Of a DNA stretch of 64,000 nucleotides, positions 62,233 through 64,000 are shown in pieces. The stretch lies in assembly GCA_035251445.1 (NCBI GenBank), contig DATFEG010000040.1, positions 15,261 to 79,260 of the forward strand, given 5' to 3'. The position numbers were made by a program, and so were the translations under genes. Position 1 is the stretch's first letter. Every line of letters begins with the position of its first letter. The notes under the pieces are model-generated. The model was not told the origin of the DNA, made no database searches, and saw only the letters and a list, made by a program, of their open reading frames with translations. The DNA is from Gemmatimonadales bacterium (GTDB taxonomy: Bacteria > Gemmatimonadota > Gemmatimonadetes > Gemmatimonadales > GWC2-71-9).

Positions 62233-63408
62233 ATGCGCGTTCTGCTCTGTTTGGTCGTGGTCTGGGCGGTCTTCGGCTGCAACTACGAGACCTCCGCCCC
62301 CAATGGTGGTGGCAACATCTCGGCGCCGACCAACCTGGGCTACGAGCTCGAGCCCAGCGGCGATCCGAATCGCCCCCTCGGCATCTTGCTCGTGTGGGAC
62401 GATGTCCCTGATGCCGGTCTCGCAAGCTATCGCGTGTATTCCCGCCCCTCCAACGGAGGTTCCTACGGCCTCCGTGGGGAAACGTCGTCGAACACCTTCC
62501 ACGACAACGGCGTCCCGCACCTCCAGTACCTCGTGACCGCCGTGGATGTGGACGGGTACGAGAGCGGAAATAGCAACGTGATCACAGTGGATGAGCGACT
62601 GCAACTGATCGCCCCGGTGTGGCTCAGCTCGCTTTCGTTGAACGGTGCGATCCACCTCGGGTGGGAAGACGGCTCGTATCTCTCCGATCCCACACGGTTC
62701 AAGTGGTATCGCATCTATAGCACCGGCTACGATCTCGACGCGGGGGTGTGCGGAACCGACTGGCTACTCGAAGGCACGACAGTAGCGCCGGAATTTCTCG
62801 CGAGCGCGATGTCGAACGGCGTGCCTCGCTGCTTCGGCGTTTCGGGCGTGAGCCGCGAAGGCTACGAGAGCCTGTGGTCGCCGCTGCGCCAGGACACACC
62901 ACGTCCGGACGCGCGTAACACGCTCGTGTTTGCCTACGATGAGAACGCGCCGCAATCGGGCTTCCGCTTCTGGGATGACGCCAACGCCGACGGGCGGGCC
63001 CAGAGTGGAGAGCTCGGGCTGGTCCTGGATGGTAACCGCACCGACATCGATTTCTGGATCTATCGCGATCCTTCGGACTCGAGCCTGTGGCTGGTGCCGG
63101 AGTTCAGCGGCACGCAAATGCGGCTGTACAGCAACACACCGCTCGCGGACCTGACTTCCATCGACTTCGCGCCGGCGTCGGGATATGCGCGGGACATGGT
63201 CCAAGCGGCGCCCGGATTCGGCTACGTCTTTGAAATCGTCGAAGGCACGTCGTTACGGTACGGAGCGCTGCGCGTGACGCATGTCGGGCGGGACTACATG
63301 ATTTTTGACTGGAGCTTCCAGACTGATCAAGGCAACCCGGAGCTGCAGATTCGCGCCGGGCAGTCGACCGCACTGGCGACTGGCACCGGGGTTTCAGGCT
63401 CCCCATAG
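62233..63408 (+). CDS. Hypothetical lipoprotein with fibronectin type III-like repeats
   Basis: ATG 62233. Lipobox WAVFGC. Two segments match an FN3-like pattern (APTNLGYE...YRVYS..., WYRIYS...). Confidence 0.6.
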   Translation: MRVLLCLVVVWAVFGCNYETSAPNGGGNISAPTNLGYELEPSGDPNRPLGILLVWDDVPDAGLASYRVYSRPSNGGSYGLRGETSSNTFHDNGVPHLQYLVTAVDVDGYESGNSNVITVDERLQLIAPVWLSSLSLNGAIHLGWEDGSYLSDPTRFKWYRIYSTGYDLDAGVCGTDWLLEGTTVAPEFLASAMSNGVPRCFGVSGVSREGYESLWSPLRQDTPRPDARNTLVFAYDENAPQSGFRFWDDANADGRAQSGELGLVLDGNRTDIDFWIYRDPSDSSLWLVPEFSGTQMRLYSNTPLADLTSIDFAPASGYARDMVQAAPGFGYVFEIVEGTSLRYGALRVTHVGRDYMIFDWSFQTDQGNPELQIRAGQSTALATGTGVSGSP

Positions 63409-63428
63409 AGGGATCTTTGGTCAGTTTG

Positions 63429-63467
63429 GCGCCGGAGTGGTCAAACCACTCCGGCGCTTTAGCTTTT
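63429..63467 (+). terminator. Intrinsic terminator
   Basis: Perfect 12-bp stem GCGCCGGAGTGG/CCACTCCGGCGC, loop TCAAA, followed by TTTAGCTTTT. Confidence 0.8.
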
Positions 63468-63473
63468 GAGCCA

Positions 63474-64000
63474 ATGTCCAAGCTTCCCGCCGCGGTGACT
63501 CTCGATGGCCATTCGCTCTCCATCGCCGACGTTGTTGCGGTAGCGCGGCAGAACGCGCCCGTCACAATCGATGGCAAAGCCCTCGACGCCGTGACCAAGT
63601 CCCGTCGTGCAGTCGAGGCGGCAGTCGAGCGGGGGCAAACGGTATACGGCGTCAACACCGGTTTCGGCAAACTTGCTCACGTCCGCATTCCCCCAGCGCA
63701 GGCCCGGCAGCTGCAGCTCAACCTCATCCGCAGCCACGCCTCGGGTGTCGGGGAGCCGCTCGCGCCGGACGTGGTGCGCGCCATGATGCTGCTCCGCGCC
63801 AACGTTCTCGTGCGGGGGACGAGCGGAGTCCGACCCGTGCTCCCCGAGCTGCTCGTCGACATGCTCAATAGTCAAATCCATCCGACGGTCCCTTCACAGG
63901 GAAGCGTTGGCGCGTCGGGTGATCTCGCGCCGCTGTCGCACCTGGCTCTGGCGATGATCGGAGAAGGGGACGTGAAGGTGTCCCGCCCAATCACGCTGGA
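63474..64000 (+). CDS. hutH: Histidine ammonia-lyase (5' partial, runs off the window)
   Basis: ATG 63474. VYGVNTGFGKLA and the MIO-forming GSVGASGDLAPLSHLA motif. Confidence 0.88.
   Translation, partial: MSKLPAAVTLDGHSLSIADVVAVARQNAPVTIDGKALDAVTKSRRAVEAAVERGQTVYGVNTGFGKLAHVRIPPAQARQLQLNLIRSHASGVGEPLAPDVVRAMMLLRANVLVRGTSGVRPVLPELLVDMLNSQIHPTVPSQGSVGASGDLAPLSHLALAMIGEGDVKVSRPITL

Overview
High-GC (about two-thirds G+C by eye), very gene-dense chromosomal core region of a diderm bacterium, shown by BamD, Tol-Pal, an LptD-like protein and LPS/sugar-nucleotide genes. The taxon cannot be determined without a search. About 70 CDS lie on the + strand. Only a cupin gene, rpmB and tRNA-Leu(CAG) are on the - strand. 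Content in order:
- a 2-oxo acid dehydrogenase E1a/E1b/E2 operon
- a redox block (PHP esterase, peroxiredoxin, 2 SDRs, an orphan Cys-rich protein, DUF309, trxB, MBL hydrolase)
- aspA, an Rrf2 regulator and MoeZ-like ThiF-rhodanese
- smpB, an amidase, pyrD and pyrF
- the rpmJ-rpsM-rpsK-rpsD-rpoA-rplQ operon
- gmd/rmd, carB and murB
- a WbpD/E/B/A-like UDP-diacetamido-uronate pathway plus ugd/uxs/epimerase
- TPR proteins with bamD, then nadD, secA, radC, rel, uvrB, tsaE, tsaB, rimI and ssb
- a LysM protein, ccsA-like gene, hemA and galE
- tolQ-tolR-tolA-like-tolB-pal-cpoB, a tatC ORF fused in frame to an LptD-like gene, an FN3 lipoprotein, and the 5' part of hutH

No mobile elements, CRISPR, rRNA or recognisable defence systems were seen. 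The most notable observations are:
1. An in-frame TGA sits exactly at the peroxidatic-Cys codon of the peroxiredoxin, making it a candidate selenoprotein.
2. A stop-less in-frame TatC-LptD-like fusion ORF.
3. A family of tandem heptanucleotide arrays, often arranged as inverted arrays that form long hairpins. They occur in intergenic spacers and in frame inside two CDS, reminiscent of cyanobacterial STRR repeats.
4. G-quadruplex-type G-tracts at gene ends.
5. Several conserved genes lack a canonical start codon where homology begins.
6. Extreme co-orientation with 26 start/stop overlaps.

All function calls rest on motif recognition by eye. No database search was run.
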